38,081 nt of DNA from a virus (Duplodnaviria > Caudoviricetes), in the IMG/VR virus record IMGVR_UViG_3300020043_004908, positions 1 to 38,081 of that record, one strand, 5' to 3'. Below, piece by piece: positions 36,678 to 38,081 of the stretch (position 1 is its first letter; each line of letters opens with the position of its first letter). The notes beneath the pieces are model-generated. The model made no database searches. It saw only the letters and a program-made list of their open reading frames with translations, and was not told the origin of the DNA. The translations under genes and the position numbers were made by a program.

Positions 36678-37655
36678 CTAGGAAGCGGCAGACCATTCGT
36701 TAGACCTGATCTTTGTCCTTTCTTCTGTCGTGAACCATCCTCCCTTGGTGGGCGCTTTCCATAGTGCGGTTTGGGCTTCCTCTCCTAGCTCCGTCCAAGC
36801 CTCTTTTGCAGTGCTGTAATCATCTTCCTTGAGTGACTCCCTAATAACTGTGAGCGAATCAATATACATATCACAGAGGGCTTCGTACTGTTCCTTTTCT
36901 ATCTGGTCGCGTGACTTATGCTCTACGACACTATCATCAGAAGCAAAATCAATTCCCTCTCCGTTGTCGTTAAGAATGCCGATTGCCGTTTGCAATCTGT
37001 CACCGCGCTGAGACTTAGGCCACGTTTTGGATGCGCGTTTTATGCAGGTTTTCTTTGTCATCTCGCCAAAAAAGTCTACCCATGGGCATTGATATGCCTT
37101 CTTTGCAACGAATGCTTTGTATGCTTCTGACTTGTTCCTGATGTTGTGTATCTGCTCTGCTGTCATTGTTTCTACAAGAAAGTCACCATCTGAAGTCTTT
37201 GCAACACAATATACACCGGCAAACTCGCCTCTGTCGCCAAACGGGTTAAACTCATGGACAGGCAAAACAGCTATGCCTTTGTACAAAAAAGTGTCATTTG
37301 TATATACAAGCTCAGCCTTAGCCCAACGAATAGACCCCGTATCCGTGGCAATCTTGATTAGACCTTGATAGCTTATATCCAAGCAAATGCGCTTATCACG
37401 CGGTACTAAATAGGCGTAAGCGGTAGCAGGGTTCAGCGAAAGCCCAATGCTGGCAACGTTTATCACTGCGTTTCTTACGCTGTCAGGTGCGCTATTGGCT
37501 ATTCCATAAATGTAATCGTTTTTCTGTATGGCCTGCATTGCAAACATTGACTCACTTTCATAAGCCATTTTAGTGCATGTTGCCACGGTTATAGACTCGA
37601 ATCTTTCTTTACTGCGGCCTATTGCTAATAGTGCAGGTGGCTGTACGTCTGACAT
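36678..37655 (-). CDS. recT: RecT/Redbeta-family recombinase
   Basis: A.IGLSLNP...AYLVPR....LDISYQGLI.IA...G; A..VY..D.F; PW...F.EM.KKT.IKRA.K.WP. Confidence 0.9.
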   Translation of the reverse strand: MSDVQPPALLAIGRSKERFESITVATCTKMAYESESMFAMQAIQKNDYIYGIANSAPDSVRNAVINVASIGLSLNPATAYAYLVPRDKRICLDISYQGLIKIATDTGSIRWAKAELVYTNDTFLYKGIAVLPVHEFNPFGDRGEFAGVYCVAKTSDGDFLVETMTAEQIHNIRNKSEAYKAFVAKKAYQCPWVDFFGEMTKKTCIKRASKTWPKSQRGDRLQTAIGILNDNGEGIDFASDDSVVEHKSRDQIEKEQYEALCDMYIDSLTVIRESLKEDDYSTAKEAWTELGEEAQTALWKAPTKGGWFTTEERTKIRSNEWSAAS

Positions 37656-37726
37656 GTTGTATTCCTCGCTCGGATTGAGTTGCTATCGTTTCATGGATTA
37701 AGGTCAGGCTGTATAGGTAATTACCG

Positions 37727-38081
37727 CTATGCGAATGACATTATTTCATTCACCCAGTTATCAATGGTCGTGTAGTCGTGCTTATCGCTCTTGATAATCT
37801 TCTCAAGTGCGTACTGTATCGTCAGACGATAAAGCCTGTCGAATCCAACCTCATCAAGTGCCGCGAAGCTGATTGATTTTGCTACTGCCTTTGCCTTTCC
37901 ATCTATGCCAATGTAAATATCGTAATGACCTGCCGCAATGGTTATCTGCTCGCGAAACAGATCACGATTCTTGACGCAAGCCACGCCGCGAAACTCTACC
38001 GAATCAGGCTGCCACAATTCAAACAGCACGTCATTCAGCAAGACAAAGTACTTTTGCAGGTACTTGTAATTCCGAGGCTTG
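37727..38081 (-). CDS. DUF1367-family protein, 5' end cut by the window edge; allele of 2263..2730
   Basis: DVLFELW, DLFREQITIA.GHYDIYIGI.G.AKAVA.SISFA. Confidence 0.8.
   Translation of the reverse strand, partial: KPRNYKYLQKYFVLLNDVLFELWQPDSVEFRGVACVKNRDLFREQITIAAGHYDIYIGIDGKAKAVAKSISFAALDEVGFDRLYRLTIQYALEKIIKSDKHDYTTIDNWVNEIMSFA

Noticed and set aside
1-38081. Integrase, IntI or CI repressor
   Set aside because: No ORF with tyrosine or serine recombinase motifs and no HTH-S24 repressor was recognised.

Overview
The window is an essentially complete ~36.3 kb podovirus-type (BPP-1/epsilon15/phiV10-like architecture) dsDNA phage genome, followed by ~1.75 kb of a divergent second allele of its own left end (position 1 = position 36333). 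The minus strand carries the early operon: SSB, RecT/ERF, NinG, DUF1367, PAPS-reductase-like protein, MTase, SNF2-like helicase and many small ORFs. The plus strand (9418-31544) carries the late operon: portal, scaffold, capsid, tail tube, ejection proteins, TerS/TerL, fibre and lysis genes. I see no integrase, polymerase, tRNA, CRISPR or reverse transcriptase. The main unexpected signal is two clusters of integron-type attC sites (about 3.3-5.1 kb and 32.0-32.9 kb, plus a half-site at 34.2 kb). They delimit real-looking gene cassettes whose two ends are exact inverted complements. Every cassette ORF runs opposite to the canonical attC orientation, with its stop codon inside the R' box, and no IntI is encoded. 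Other highlights: ERF and RecT alleles swapped at one locus but sharing a C-terminal domain; accessory genes flanked by 13-17 bp RBS-containing direct repeats; a 17-bp late promoter motif; a C4/CI-like structured RNA; and GGA-loop hairpins. All product calls come from motif recognition by eye, not database searches.
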